A stretch of DNA of 63,942 nt, filler included, from Octopus bimaculoides (lineage: Eukaryota): NCBI RefSeq assembly GCF_001194135.2. It is 9 parts of 8 records of this genome, joined end to end, with 100 filler letters (N's around TTAATTAATTAA, not from the genome) between each part and the next. Parts side by side here need not be neighbours in the genome. Positions count along the whole stretch, not along the records: positions 25,051 to 31,135 come from NC_068995.1; positions 31,236 to 39,818 come from NC_068983.1; 7 more parts are not named here. The stretch is one strand, 5' to 3'. Positions 25,771 to 37,926 of this stretch are shown piece by piece. The translations under genes and the position numbers were made by a program. Every line of letters starts with the position of its first letter. Within the stretch, counting starts at the first letter, position 1. The notes beneath the pieces were generated by a model that did no database searches, was not told where the DNA came from, and saw only the letters and a list, made by a program, of their open reading frames with translations.

Positions 25771-26704
25771 GAATACGGTTGAGTGTTCCAGTGCCTTGAT
25801 ATAACTTGCATCACAAATTTATTAAGGAGGCCGGGACGAATATGTCTGACAAGTAAGGAGTAAATGTTTACTCAATTTTCAATTAAGTTTTACATGCGAA
25901 TTCTTTTACAATTACGTGAGTCACTCGTACAGTCCACCAGTTTGCAATTTGAAATCTACTGATGTATGGATATGTTTCAATACTTCGACTTTGAATTCCA
26001 TTGCATATTAACATCATGAGAACTGTTTTGTTCTGTTCTGTTCGAGAGGTAACGAGGTGGTGCTAAAAGTGAGTATTTAGAGGTACACCGTTGACAGTAG
26101 CCGTTGAAGCTATTGCGTGCCTTGGTCTTTAAAACAATATATTATTTTGCCATGAGATTGCTTTCTCGTCTAACTGTAAAGATACAAATATATATATCGA
26201 GACGGATGTGGTATACTAGAAACGTCCGGCTGAAGACTTGTGTGTGATATGTATATCTGATTTTAAAATATTTGGAGTTACGCTGATGATTCTATATCTA
26301 CACACTGTATACTTTTGAAAGGTGTCTTTCGTCTAAAGAGCCGCTATTGTGTTTTTAGAAGTAAATTCGGTTTGGATTGTTACTTTGATGATTATAGAAT
26401 GCCGAGTGTAGATATGAATATATAATACTATGTTAATCACACAACTGAAACTAGCCTTAACAGAATTATTCGTGAATGTAAATTGATATCTCTGTGAAGC
26501 GAAGAAATGTATGCTTATCAGTGCAGGTAAGTTCCAGTGAGATTTTGGGTTATATTAAAACAGAAACAAAAATAAACATAAAAAATTTTAAACGGTACAT
26601 TTTCTATTTTTTTCTATTTGTTAGCATTTGGTGTATGCTGCTCTATTTGCTTCACCTTGGTGCTTAAACCACTTCTAATAGGAGCTATATTGTAGTGAGG
26701 TACT

Positions 26705-26903
26705 ACAGTTCTATATTTAATAGATGAGCAATTATGTACATTATTTACATTATTTACATTTGACGGATATTTGTCCTCATCTTGTTTGTTGTTAACACAA
26801 TGTTTCGGCTGATATACTCTCCAGCCTTCATCAGGTGTCTTGGGGGAAATTTCGAACCTGGTTCTCATTCCTAAAATATTTTTCGATGTTGTTGTTGTTG
26901 TTG

Positions 26904-26988
<85 letters not shown>

Positions 26989-27006
26989 CATCATCATTCA
27001 GGTCAC
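26705..27006 (-). mobile_element. Hammerhead-tailed SINE, 5'-truncated copy with internal (AAT)n(AAC)n
   Basis: Reverse complement reads GTGACCTGAAT-(AAT)n-...CAGGTTCGAAATTTCCCCCAAGACAC-hammerhead-AACAACAAACAAGATGAGGACAAATATCCGTCAAATG; tail homologous to 27091-27189. Confidence 0.85.
26794..26839 (-). ncRNA. Minimal type-I hammerhead ribozyme motif
   Basis: GACAC-CTGATGA-A-GGCTG(GAGAGTATAT)CAGCC-GAAA-C-ATT-GTGTT: canonical CUGAUGA and GAAA, 5-bp stem II, stem I GACAC/GTGTT; ATT where the sister copy has GTT. Confidence 0.7.
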
Positions 27007-27009
27007 ACT

Positions 27010-27189
27010 GGCATGTGGCGTAGCGGTTAAAAGCGTGGCTACTAACCCCAAGATTCCGAGTTCGATTTCAGGCAAAGACCAGGATAATAAGACAACTGGT
27101 GAAGACTGAAGAGTATATTAGCCGAAACGTTGTGCTAACAACAAACAAGATGAGGACAAATATCCGTCAAATGTAAATAATGTAAATAA
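27010..27189 (+). mobile_element. Hammerhead-tailed SINE with tRNA-like head, internally shortened
   Basis: A box TGGCGTAGCGG 27016-27026, B box GAGTTCGATTTC 27058-27069, then hammerhead-like 27091-27136 and the shared tail. Confidence 0.85.
27091..27136 (+). ncRNA. Degenerate hammerhead motif, sister of 26794-26839
   Basis: GACAA-CTGGTGA-A-GACTG(AAGAGTATAT)TAGCC-GAAA-C-GTT-GTGCT. Confidence 0.5.
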
Positions 27190-27404
27190 TGTAGTGAGGT
27201 ACTGTTTTGTAAAATATTCCTCAGTTCGTCGATAGCTAAGACGGTCATATGCTAATGTTGCCTAGAATGTGTGGCATGATATAAAGCGTGTGATTGGAGC
27301 TTCGATATGTAAGTTTTGTCCTTTCGTTTGATTTACTGTATGGTGTAGCTTTCCGGTTCCATATGGGAAACTTACTGTCTCCAGATTTGAATTTAAGTCT
27401 TTTA

Positions 27405-27820
27405 TCTTTTATTTGTTTCTGTCGTTAGATAGCGGCCATGCTGGAGCGTCGCTTTAAAGAAAATTTTAGTCGAACGAATCGACCCCTGTATTTGCTTATG
27501 TATTTTTTTTAAACCGAGTACTTATGCCGTTGATAGCTTTGGCCGAACCACTAATGTTACGGCGACGTAAACACACCAACACCAGTTGTCAAGCAGTAGT
27601 GGAGGACAAACAGAGACTCAAAAATGCACACACACGCACACAAAAATACAAACACACACACACATATACACATCCACGCATACACACTCACACACACGCG
27701 TGCATACACGCACACACATACAGATATACTATGGGATAAACTTTGTCAAAACCAAATTTCACTCATAAACCTTTGGTAGGCCCGGGGCAATAGATACACT
27801 TGCCGAAGATGCCACGACAA
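27405..27820 (-). mobile_element. SINE family A, diverged
   Basis: GCGGCCATGCTGGAGC...GTAAACACACC...(CA)n...CACTTGCCGAAGATGCCACG. Confidence 0.8.
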
Positions 27821-28977
27821 TGAGAGAGAAAGAAAGAAGAAGAGAGAGGGGCAGAAAGGTAGGAGGGAGAGAAATAGGGACATAGAGAGAAATCGATACC
27901 CTGTACATAACTGGTATAAAATGTATGTGAAACCTGAAGAAATGAAGAGAAAACAGCGCAGCGAACAGAAACGTAACGTAACACAGTCTCTGCCAGCGAT
28001 CTAACAAATCTGTAGTAGTGAATGGTTAAAATAATTAATACGTTGATGAAGTAGTTAAGATAATTAATGGCATCTGATACTTCTAAGATCTAATGGAATA
28101 TGCAAATTACAAGTTTTGTGATACGATAGTTATGATAACAAAATATGATATTGCAACAGTTAATTCACTAGGGTGTTTTGATAATTAATATCACTTAAGA
28201 CGTATAAATTGGCGTGTCTGCACTATAGTCATATCAATTTGTCGAATGGTTTTTATAGTCATTTCCTCTTCAAGCAGGTTGAAAAGGTTTTAGCAGTTGT
28301 ATGTATGTATGTCACAGCGTTCCGTTGATGGTTCATTTAGAAAAAGACAGAGGGACTTTTGTTGAAAGTGAAATAAAACTAATATTTATATATTTATATA
28401 TTTATAACTATAACTCAGAAAAAGACAGTCTTCAGCTTTACATAAATGAGACAGTATACATGTATCTAAATATACAAACACAGACACACACACATATACA
28501 TGCATGGATATATATACATGTACATACATACATACACACATACATACATACATATATGTATATATAATTAAAACCGCTCAATTCCGTCCCACACAGCTTA
28601 ATGTTTCCTTGGGTCGTTAAGGTACCTAGCTTCGGGATCAGGCGAATCATATGTATGTACATGTGTATGCATATACATATCTATATACATACAGATATTC
28701 ATATATAAGTACATATATATGTATGTATGTATATATATATATATATATANNNNNNNNNNNNNNNNNNNNNNNNNNNNNNNNNNNNNNNNNNNNNNNNNNN
28801 NNNNNNNNNNNNNNNNNNNNNNNNNNNNNNNNNNNNNNNNNNNNNNNNNNNNNNNNNNNNNNNNNNNNNNNNNNNNNNNNNNNNNNNNNNNNNNNNNNNN
28901 NNNNNNNNNNNNNNNNNNNNNNNNNNNNNNNNNNNNNNNNNNNNNNNNNNNNNNNNNNNNNNNNNNNNNNNNNNNNN

Positions 28978-29030
<53 letters not shown>

Positions 29031-29526
29031 AACATCTATTATCTACATGTATGTGTGCTTATACATATAAAGACACATGCACACACATATATATATATAT
29101 TAGATACGCACACGCACACATATATACACATAGACACACATACACACACACATATGTATATAAACATACACACGCATATGTGCATATCTTATCCTAGGGG
29201 ATTTGAATTCTTATCTGAGTTTCAATAAGCGTCAGATGGCCAACGGTGGTGGTAATACACTATAATAGTCATACGGATATCAAAAGTCTCTCCAAAAGAC
29301 GGGAAATAACACCACTATTTCTGAACCTTTTAAATAGCAAACATGCTAAACAATAATTATATATTTAAAAAAGATGAAAGAGTAAGAGAGAGAAAGAGAG
29401 ATGGAGACGGGCAGAAAGGGGTACATATATATNNNNNNNNNNNNNNNNNNNNNNNNNNNNNNNNNNNNNNNNNNNNNNNNNNNNNNNNNNNNNNNNNNNN
29501 NNNNNNNNNNNNNNNNNNNNNNNNNN

Positions 29527-29563
<37 letters not shown>

Positions 29564-30319
29564 GAGAAAAGTCAAGAGGATTTTTTTTTTTCAAAGATTC
29601 AGATGGCAAAGAATGTTTTTCTATTTGAACTACCTCTTGGGAAACATCTTGAAGAACTATTTAAATCGATCAAGTTTCGTCGATGTGATAACTATCTGAG
29701 GTCATCAAACGGAGGTTAGTGAATACGAACATCTTTTCTAAGAACGAAATTAAATATTAAACGAAAGAATAAAACAAAAAAACAGCCAACAAAAAATTTA
29801 AAAAATAACAACAGAAGACTACAGGCGTCGTTCCGTTTTTTTTTTTATTTTATCATTATTATATTACATGTATTTATTTATTTTCATTTCATTTTTAATA
29901 AATTCTGGGATATCAATTCCTACTAGATGGTCGATGATTAAAGCCTAATGAAATATTAAATGAAACAAACATTCACGATAAGAGGCTTACTAAATAATAT
30001 ATAACAGACAAAGCCATTTGCTGTGCAGCGCGATTCGTTTCATCGCAATTTCAATTTTCATCCCAATGTAGAAATTTTCGATATGCATAGAAAGAAAAAA
30101 ATATCGACGAACGAACTGCAGCAAATAAATTATAATATACATAAACATACATACACGTTCAACAATATATGGATATATGCACATTACCAGAGTGTTTAAG
30201 CTCATATCTCTCCATGCAGACAAAAATAGCTACATAGAGAGCTTATACACACATACACACGCATGTAATATAAGTATAAGGATATATACACATTACAATA
30301 TTCATATATTCTTTTATTC

Positions 30320-30525
30320 GCTTATTCGTTTCAGCCATACAGCTGCGGTCATCCTGGAGCACCATCGTAATATCTTTACATTTGTTTCAGTCATTTCACA
30401 GCGGCCATGCTGGAGAACAGCCTTTAGTCGAACAAATCGACCTCAGGACTTATTCTTTGTAAACCTAGTACTTATTCTGTCGAATGCTTTGGGCGAGCCG
30501 CTATTTTATGGGGACGTAACCGGTT
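30320..30525 (-). mobile_element. SINE family A, 3' part with duplicated tail segment
   Basis: CTGCGGTCATCCTGGAGCACC precedes GCGGCCATGCTGGAGAACAGCCTTTAGTCG. Confidence 0.7.
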
Positions 30526-30869
30526 TTTGGCGATCGCAACAAAAATGTCTCCATTTTCTTCAAACGCTCCCAGAAGATAACACCAAACTTCTACAATTCT
30601 TTCCTTCAGATCGAATATTGGCTACAAAGGTACATTCGTTATACACACGTTTCCTGATAATCATAATGTGATATCCACTCCATAATCAATAGGCCTCGGC
30701 TTTGTTAGCACGGTACGTAACGACCATCATCTATGATATTATTTGATCAACCTTGTGTTTAATTTACGTTTCTGCAGGTCCGAATGTCGATGACGAGAAC
30801 CACCAACTGGTAGACATTATATCGTGTAACGGAAGCATTTTTCTTTCGTTTGTATACATAAAATTGCAG

Positions 30870-30956
<87 letters not shown>

Positions 30957-30957
30957 C

Positions 30958-31135
30958 GGTCGCTACATAGATGACTGTATAGGAGCCACCTCCCTCTCCC
31001 GCGAACAGCTCTGCCTTTTCATCTCCTTCCTCTCCAACTTCCACCCCGCTCTTGACTTCACTTCCACCATCTCTGACACCTCTGTCAACTTCCTCGACAT
31101 CTCTCTTTCCATCAACCCCCCCTCTAACTCTCTCA
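30958..31135 (+). mobile_element. Penelope-like element reverse transcriptase fragment (catalytic YIDD), open to gap
   Basis: RYIDDCIG...FISFLSNFHPALDFTSTISDTSVNFLDI matches the PLE RT RYIDD...N.FHP.L.FT...FLD pattern. Confidence 0.85.
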
Positions 31136-31535
31136 NNNNNNNNNNNNNNNNNNNNNNNNNNNNNNNNNNNNNNNNNNNNTTAATTAATTAANNNNNNNNN
31201 NNNNNNNNNNNNNNNNNNNNNNNNNNNNNNNNNNNCAGAGATAACACAACGAGTTGTATAATTTAATTATTACATTTATTATTCAATTACATACAAAGAA
31301 CGCACTCACCCAATGTTCGTTGTGTTAATAAACAAAAGTCATGTCCGCCACCTATATCAATGACCTTTTACTACTGCAGTCACACAAGACAACAACAATG
31401 AAACAATGGACTCAAACGAACCACAGTGACACACGGAACGTCAGACGAATTACATATCTAACAGTCCATATAACAATCACTGTCGGATTTTCCGATTTCT
31501 AATGAAATTTACTTTCATTATTTTTATGACAATCA

Positions 31536-31935
31536 AGGCGGCGAGCTGACAGAATCGTTGTTAGCACGCCGGGCGAAATGCTTAGCAGTCTTTCGTCTGC
31601 CGTTACTTTCTGAATTCAAATTCCGCCGAGGTCGACTTTGCCTTTCATCCTTTCGGAGTCGATTAAATAAGTACTAGTTACACACTGGGGTCGATGTAAT
31701 CGACTTAATCCTTGTGTCTGTCCTTGTTTGTTCCCTCTGTTTAGCCCCCTGTGGGCAAAAATAAAAAATTGGTATTTCGTCTGTTTACATGTTCTGAGTT
31801 CAAATTCTGCCAAGTCAACTTTGGCTTTTATCCTTTCTGGGTCGATAAAATAAGTACCAATTGAGCACTGGAGTCGATGTAATCGACTTACTCACTCCCT
31901 TGGAAATTGCTGGCTTTGTGCCAAAATTTTCAATG
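31536..31935 (+). mobile_element. SINE family B, dimeric copy
   Basis: GAGTTCAAATTC...GACTTTG.CTTT.ATCCTTTC.GGGTCGAT core occurs twice in tandem. Confidence 0.9.
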
Positions 31936-33792
31936 TTTTGAACACATTTCACAAACCCCGCTGTTTCACCCCTTTCCTCTTCTATGTTTGTCAATTTCGT
32001 ATAAGAAATTAATACTCAACTCCCATAGTTCCTGAATTAATTATCTTCATTCTCTTTTCATTTAGGCCAACTTGCCCCGGTTGTTTTTCTCCTTCCCTGA
32101 CTAGTTTCCGCACGAATGTCTTTATCTATTGCCTTCTCTCTAGAGCTATAACCCTCTGAAATTTGCTCATCGCTCCCTTTTTTCATAATAAATTTAACAT
32201 GCAGTTACCGGAGTGAACAGCGTTCTCATCAATTTCACCAGTCTGGGATGGTGTGTAAGAGATCATAGGCCTCCGATTATCCTCTGAAACATTAGCATAG
32301 TATTGCTATTTAGCGTAGTGTCAGTTGGTTTAACGTTCTGTCCATCCATGAAATACAATATAAGTTATCTCAACATTATATTTGTCAGTGTCAAACATAA
32401 TACCCTTCTGTTATAGTGATTGCCTGACAACATAATGACAGTTCTTTCTCTCTGGAGCTGTAACCCTCTGAAATTTGCTCATTGTTCATATCGTATAGCT
32501 GGTCGTAACGTATTTTGTTACGACCTGCTATAAGTACTGTCTACTTCTGTTTGACTTATATAATACTATTCTGACAAACATGCTTTCTGATAGCGTAACA
32601 TTGATAGCGTAATACACCTGTCTAATACAATTGAAAGTTCTTCTAATATGATATCTGAGTAACATGACACTTAATTACCATATTGTCTTACGCGCAGGGT
32701 TAGATTTAAACATAAGCTAAACAAACTGAGGGAGGCTCCCAAAATTTCGTATTTAATTTTCCTTTTGTTCTTTTAACTTAATTTATATTTAAACAAGCAG
32801 CAGGGCTTGATTTTGCCTGACTTTATGAGACAAAGATAAAGAGTCAATGAAAGATTTGTGCGCCTCCTCAACATTTCGGCTATATCTAGGTACAAAACTG
32901 TAGCCTACAATTTAGAACTTACATTCATTTTTATAAAGATAATAATTTAACTAATTAACAATAATTAACATTAACAGATTATACCCAGTTGTTAAAAAAA
33001 GCATCTTAATTATATAAGTTTATAGGCATTCGTTGTTTTACAATCTTGCTTCAAAATTAATTCTTAAATAAAATTGGAAACAAAATGCATATTTTCATTA
33101 TTCTAAAAGACCGAGCAGCGCTTCCTTCTTTCATTCCACACACACTTGTTATGCATCTTGGCGGTATTATTGCCAATTTCAGTTGATCTGTACACAACCT
33201 TATTCTCTGTTTACAATTACCGAAATAGCGTCTGTAAAGAATAGCATAGCTTAGAGCCTCATCATTGTCTAAATCCAATCCTATTCACTGGTCTTCTCTA
33301 TAATTATATTCTGCCATGACGTATAACATATTTTCTGTTAAGCGTTTTGTTTAACATGCCTTCTTCTTAAATTGTTGCAAATCTTCTATGCCTTTAGCGT
33401 CTTTACCTGGAAAATTTATGTTTGTGTGCTAAGTTGTTTGTATATATGACTGCTTGGTCATAACATGCTAACTTGTTCTCAGCTGTCTGAATCAGTAAGT
33501 GTGCTTTTAGCTTATCGCTAACTTTTCCTCATATCAGAGACGATTAGAGGTGTCTACCAACGGCATTTACCAGAGACCAAAACTATTTAAAAAGAAAGAT
33601 ACTGAATTTCAACAAATACAATTCTATATTATGTGATATAGTTGTGTGTGTGTGTGTGTGTGTATGTATGAATGCGCGTGGAATGTTATATCTGTTACAT
33701 AGATAAATATAGCACATTAGACAATTTTTCTCAGCATTAGACAGTTATGTTAGACCGCCAATGTCATTCGGAAAGCATGTTTGTCCGAACAT

Positions 33793-34000
33793 ATAATGGT
33801 TTCAAATTTTGGCACAGGATCAGCAGTTTTTGAGAAGAGGGGAAAGTCGAATACATCGACTCTAGTACTTCACTCGTACTTATTTCATCGACCCGAAAAG
33901 ATGAAAGGCAAAGTCGATCTCGGCGGAATTTGAACTCAGAACGTAAAGACAGACGAGATGCCACTAAGCATCTGTCCGGTGTGCTAACGATTCTGCCACA
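33793..34000 (-). mobile_element. SINE family B
   Basis: Reverse complement of head and core. Confidence 0.85.
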
Positions 34001-34404
34001 GAGCAGTATTATACCATAAATCATCATATGCAAAGTGAACACCAGAGATTCAAAACGATGACCTGCATATTTATTTTTAATACGTTCGACAGATTCGAAC
34101 GTAATTATGCTAATCGCTGTTGTGTTCATCATAGGAGAACAGATTCTCCTTTACAACGACTATTCATTGGTACAAGGGATTCTGGGACACTAGTGTTTCG
34201 ACATGCTATGACTCGACATTTATATTGATGAATCCCTCAGTTTCAAAATACATATAAGCAATTTATCAAAACAAAATTCCCGTACTCTTNNNNNNNNNNN
34301 NNNNNNNNNNNNNNNNNNNNNNNNNNNNNNNNNNNNNNNNNNNNNNNNNNNNNNNNNNNNNNNNNNNNNNNNNNNNNNNNNNNNNNNNNGTTATGTCAGT
34401 AAGA

Positions 34405-34568
34405 TGTTTTCGTCAGTCTATACGTTCTGAGTTCACTTTCCGCCGTGTTCGACTTTGCCGTTCATCCTTTCGGACTCGATAAAATGAGTACCAGTTGAGT
34501 ACTGGGGTCGTTGTAATCGACCTACCCCCCTCCCAAAATGGCTGGCCTTGAGCCAAGATTTGAAACTG
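34405..34568 (+). mobile_element. SINE family B, partial after gap
   Basis: CGTTCTGAGTTC...TCATCCTTTCGGACTCGAT...GGCCTTGAGCCAAGATTTGAAAC. Confidence 0.85.
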
Positions 34569-34656
34569 ATATGTCAGTTAGATATTAGTTTGTCAAACAT
34601 AATAAACAAACTGGTATTATGTTGGACAGTAGTTTGCTTAATATACATATTAGGTT

Positions 34657-35085
34657 AAGGCAGCGAGCTGGCAGAAACGTTAGCACACCGGGCGAAATGC
34701 CTAGCGGTATTTCGTCTGTCGTTACGTTCTGGGTTCAAATTTCGCTGAGGTCGACTTTGCTTTTCATCCTTTCGGGGTCGATAAATTAAGTACCAGTTAC
34801 GCACTGGCGTCGATGTAATCGACTTAATCCCTTTGTCAGTCCTTGTTTGTCCTCTCTATGTTTAGCCCTTTGTGGGCAATAAAGAAATAAGAAACGTTAG
34901 CACGCCGGACGATATGCGTAGCAGTATTTCATCTGTCTTTACGTTCTGAGTTCAAATTTATCGAGGTCGACTTTGCCTTTCATCTTTTTGAGGTCGATAA
35001 ATTAAGTACCAGTTGCGAACTGGGGTCGATCGAATCGACTGCCCCACCCTCCAAAAATTTCGGGCTTTGTGCCTAGAGTAGAAAA
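34657..35085 (+). mobile_element. SINE family B, dimeric copy
   Basis: Second unit restarts at GAAACGTTAGCACGCCGG near 34891. Confidence 0.9.
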
Positions 35086-35329
35086 AAATATATATACATA
35101 TTAGATTAGACAATAAGTTGTCCAAATACGCTCATCAATAAAAACAAGCTCCTGGATCTGAAGAGTTTTCTGAAGAGTTGTGCGTCATAGATCTAATCAA
35201 AAAGATCAGAAAAATGTGAGATTGGGTAGATTTTGCCCCGGGTACCCCAATGAAAGAGTATATAATTTCTTCTGGCCTAAAATGCTTATTAATTAATAAT
35301 TATGCCCTCTTCTAGTATATTATCCCTTC

Positions 35330-35530
35330 TACTGTAGGCACAAGCCCTGCAATTTTGGAGTAGGAGGTCACCGACCTCAGTGCTCAACTGGTACTTTATT
35401 TTATTGACTCTGAAATGATGAAAGACAAAGTCAGCCTCGGTGGGATTTGAACACAGAACGTAAAGAGCCAGAAGAAATGCTGCTAAGCATTTTGACCGAG
35501 GTTCTAAAGATTCTATCGGCTCACTGCCTT
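35330..35530 (-). mobile_element. SINE family B, diverged
   Basis: CAACTGGTACTTTATTTTATTGAC...GGATTTGAACACAGAACG. Confidence 0.75.
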
Positions 35531-36157
35531 ACTCCCCTAATATATAATGCAACTGCTTTCACGTTCGGTAAATACGACATAGTGTTATGTTATTTATGTG
35601 AAAATTGGCAGTCAAAATTTCACCTAAAGTTTTAAATATTTTGCTAAAGAGCTTTTAAAAATTTCACCACTAAATGAGAGAAAAACATTGACCAACATTT
35701 TCTTTTAATATCAATAATCTTAATGATCTTACATGAAATCGTTAAAATTCGTATACATATTTTTTAATGATATACGAAAATGTTTTCATCCATAATTTCG
35801 GTCTATTTTAAATGGATTGGTAATATCGATTCACCAACTTAATTATGTACAATTTAATTGATTGGATACGTGAAATAATGAAACATGTTGAATATTTTAG
35901 GTATATCTTCTCCATGTTTTGAAATAAGGGTTAATTTGACTAAGTCACCTAATCAGAATTTGGAATGTTGTATGTTAAGGAACACAACTAAATACCACAA
36001 GGCTTTTTGTCCATCGTTTTGTTGGCTTCGCACATTTTACTGCTCTTCATTTAGTGAATATTAAGTGTTTAATGGCTGCAATCGCTGTATCACACAGTTA
36101 GTCAATATAAATCGAGTGTAAAGGAAAACTAAATTAGCTTATATTTTTTCGGTGTCC

Positions 36158-37926
36158 TACATGCAAAATATCTTTCCCACGTGAGTTTCGGACCCCAGTT
36201 GTGAACTTAATTGCATACAGCCAATCAGATCTCAACTATCAAACTAATTTATGAGCGTATAACAAGTGATGGGCGATAAGATAAGGTCACCTAGGGAAGG
36301 AATGACCATGCTTCTTTTCTCTTTTAATAATGCTTGTTGTTCTTGTTCTTGTTTCAACCATTGCTGCCTCTGCGTGGTTATTTGTGTTGTTGTTTACTTT
36401 ATAAAACAGTAAGGGGAGAGGGTTGCTAGCACATCACCCACTACCCACATTTTTCTTATTCACATCTTAACCATATGGGGCCCTAACAAAATCCAATAAT
36501 AGGTATAGATGCAAATCTATCTAATTACTTGTCTCCATCTAAAATCAGGCATAATTGGCGATCGGTCGACTTACAACACCGTTCTTTGTTTTGAGTTTAC
36601 TTGGTAGAGTGTGTTTTGCCAAGAGATTGGTTGTTTTTAACACATTTACGAATGTTATGTTGGGCTTTGCGTCTAGACATAATCTGAGAGCTGAACGGTA
36701 CCTTTCCTTTCGCATTTTTCAAACAATCCTTCAACGGTCTTCCAGCACCATTGCGGTTTCTGCCACCACCAACCATCTTTCTCCTGGTTGCTGCAGTTAG
36801 TAGCACACCAATTTTCTTCATACTGACTGGAGATTTTCGTTTGTGGGAAAAAAAATTTTCGTTTTATCTTGCAAAGAGCATGTGCTTCACCAGAGTACCG
36901 ACCAAAGCAATGAAGCGCAGAAGCTAACGCAGTATCTATTCCAGAAGTTAGTTCCAGAAGTTGCTTAGTGAATTTTTTCACTGGTTTCCCAAGGAATTCT
37001 TTGTCCTGAACATAACTTTGTTATAAAGCAAGAAAAGCTTTGTTTATTCCATTAATTATTGGTTCATTTCTATCATCATCACTTGATTTTGATGTGCAAC
37101 CGCGTGTATCAAATTTTTACCGCGTATCAAATTGGTTTTGAAGAGAGCGTTGCAAGTGTAGCCTTTCTAGCCGTAAATTTGTCACATCATCGTGTTCACT
37201 GTCTGAAATCTTCATATCCTCGCAGTCAACTCCGTCATTTTCATTTTTCTGATCGTTCGACTCCATGCAGTCGTCATCACGGTCAGCACAATGAGGTTCA
37301 TCTTTTGCGTTGTTCATGGACTCCATCGTTACGCTGTTGGCGTCTGGCTTGACCTGGTTCATTTTGGTGGTTCAGGGACAGAAACCATTCTTTGGGGACA
37401 TTCGAACGGCTAGTGGGCACCTCGTATAACAACGTCCTCATTGACGGATCATTTACAGAAACGAAGTTCCAGCATGAAGACCACAGGAAAATGCTGAAAA
37501 CCACGGGAAAATGCACATGTGGGACTCGGTAGCCAAAGATACGCTAACAATACACACGCGTCCATAATTCGTATCAATGAATCAATGTGTATTTATAAAA
37601 CCTTCAGACAGTTTTCGTACATTCATATTCGTCAAAAACATTATCTTAGATTGCTATAGTAATTCAAACTTACCACTAACCAGCGTATGTGTTCAGTATC
37701 GATGATATTGGCATCTGAATGAGAGCACAATACAAGATTCGCATGGCAATCGGAGGCCGACATTTTGAATACCAACCTTTGTTAACTTGACAACAAGGTC
37801 AAGGTTATCTCTGATTGGCTGCATGCAAATGAGTTCATTATTGGGGTCTGGAACTTACGCGGGGAAAAAAATTTCGTGTCCCGCATTTCAATTATAAGAG
37901 AAATTTGGATATATTTTGTGCATGTC
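36158..37926 (-). mobile_element. Decayed DNA transposon of unassigned superfamily (long imperfect inverted ends, broken minus-strand ORFs)
   Basis: 36158-36230 is the approximate reverse complement of 37809-37926 (GGACCCCA...TTGCAT.CAGCCAATCAG); internal acidic and basic ORF pieces. Confidence 0.5.

Noticed and set aside
26464-26532. Possible exon ending CAG|GTAAGT at 26527
   Set aside because: All three frames contain stops; only MYAYQC is open; no supporting evidence
27010-27075. Genuine tRNA genes (also 40450, 15444, 2340, 50790)
   Set aside because: No complete cloverleaf or acceptor stem; each continues into a SINE body
32134-32482. 37-bp direct repeat (32134-32170 and 32446-32482) as LTRs
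   Set aside because: Too short, no TG..CA ends, PBS or TSD; probably an internal repeat of an old element
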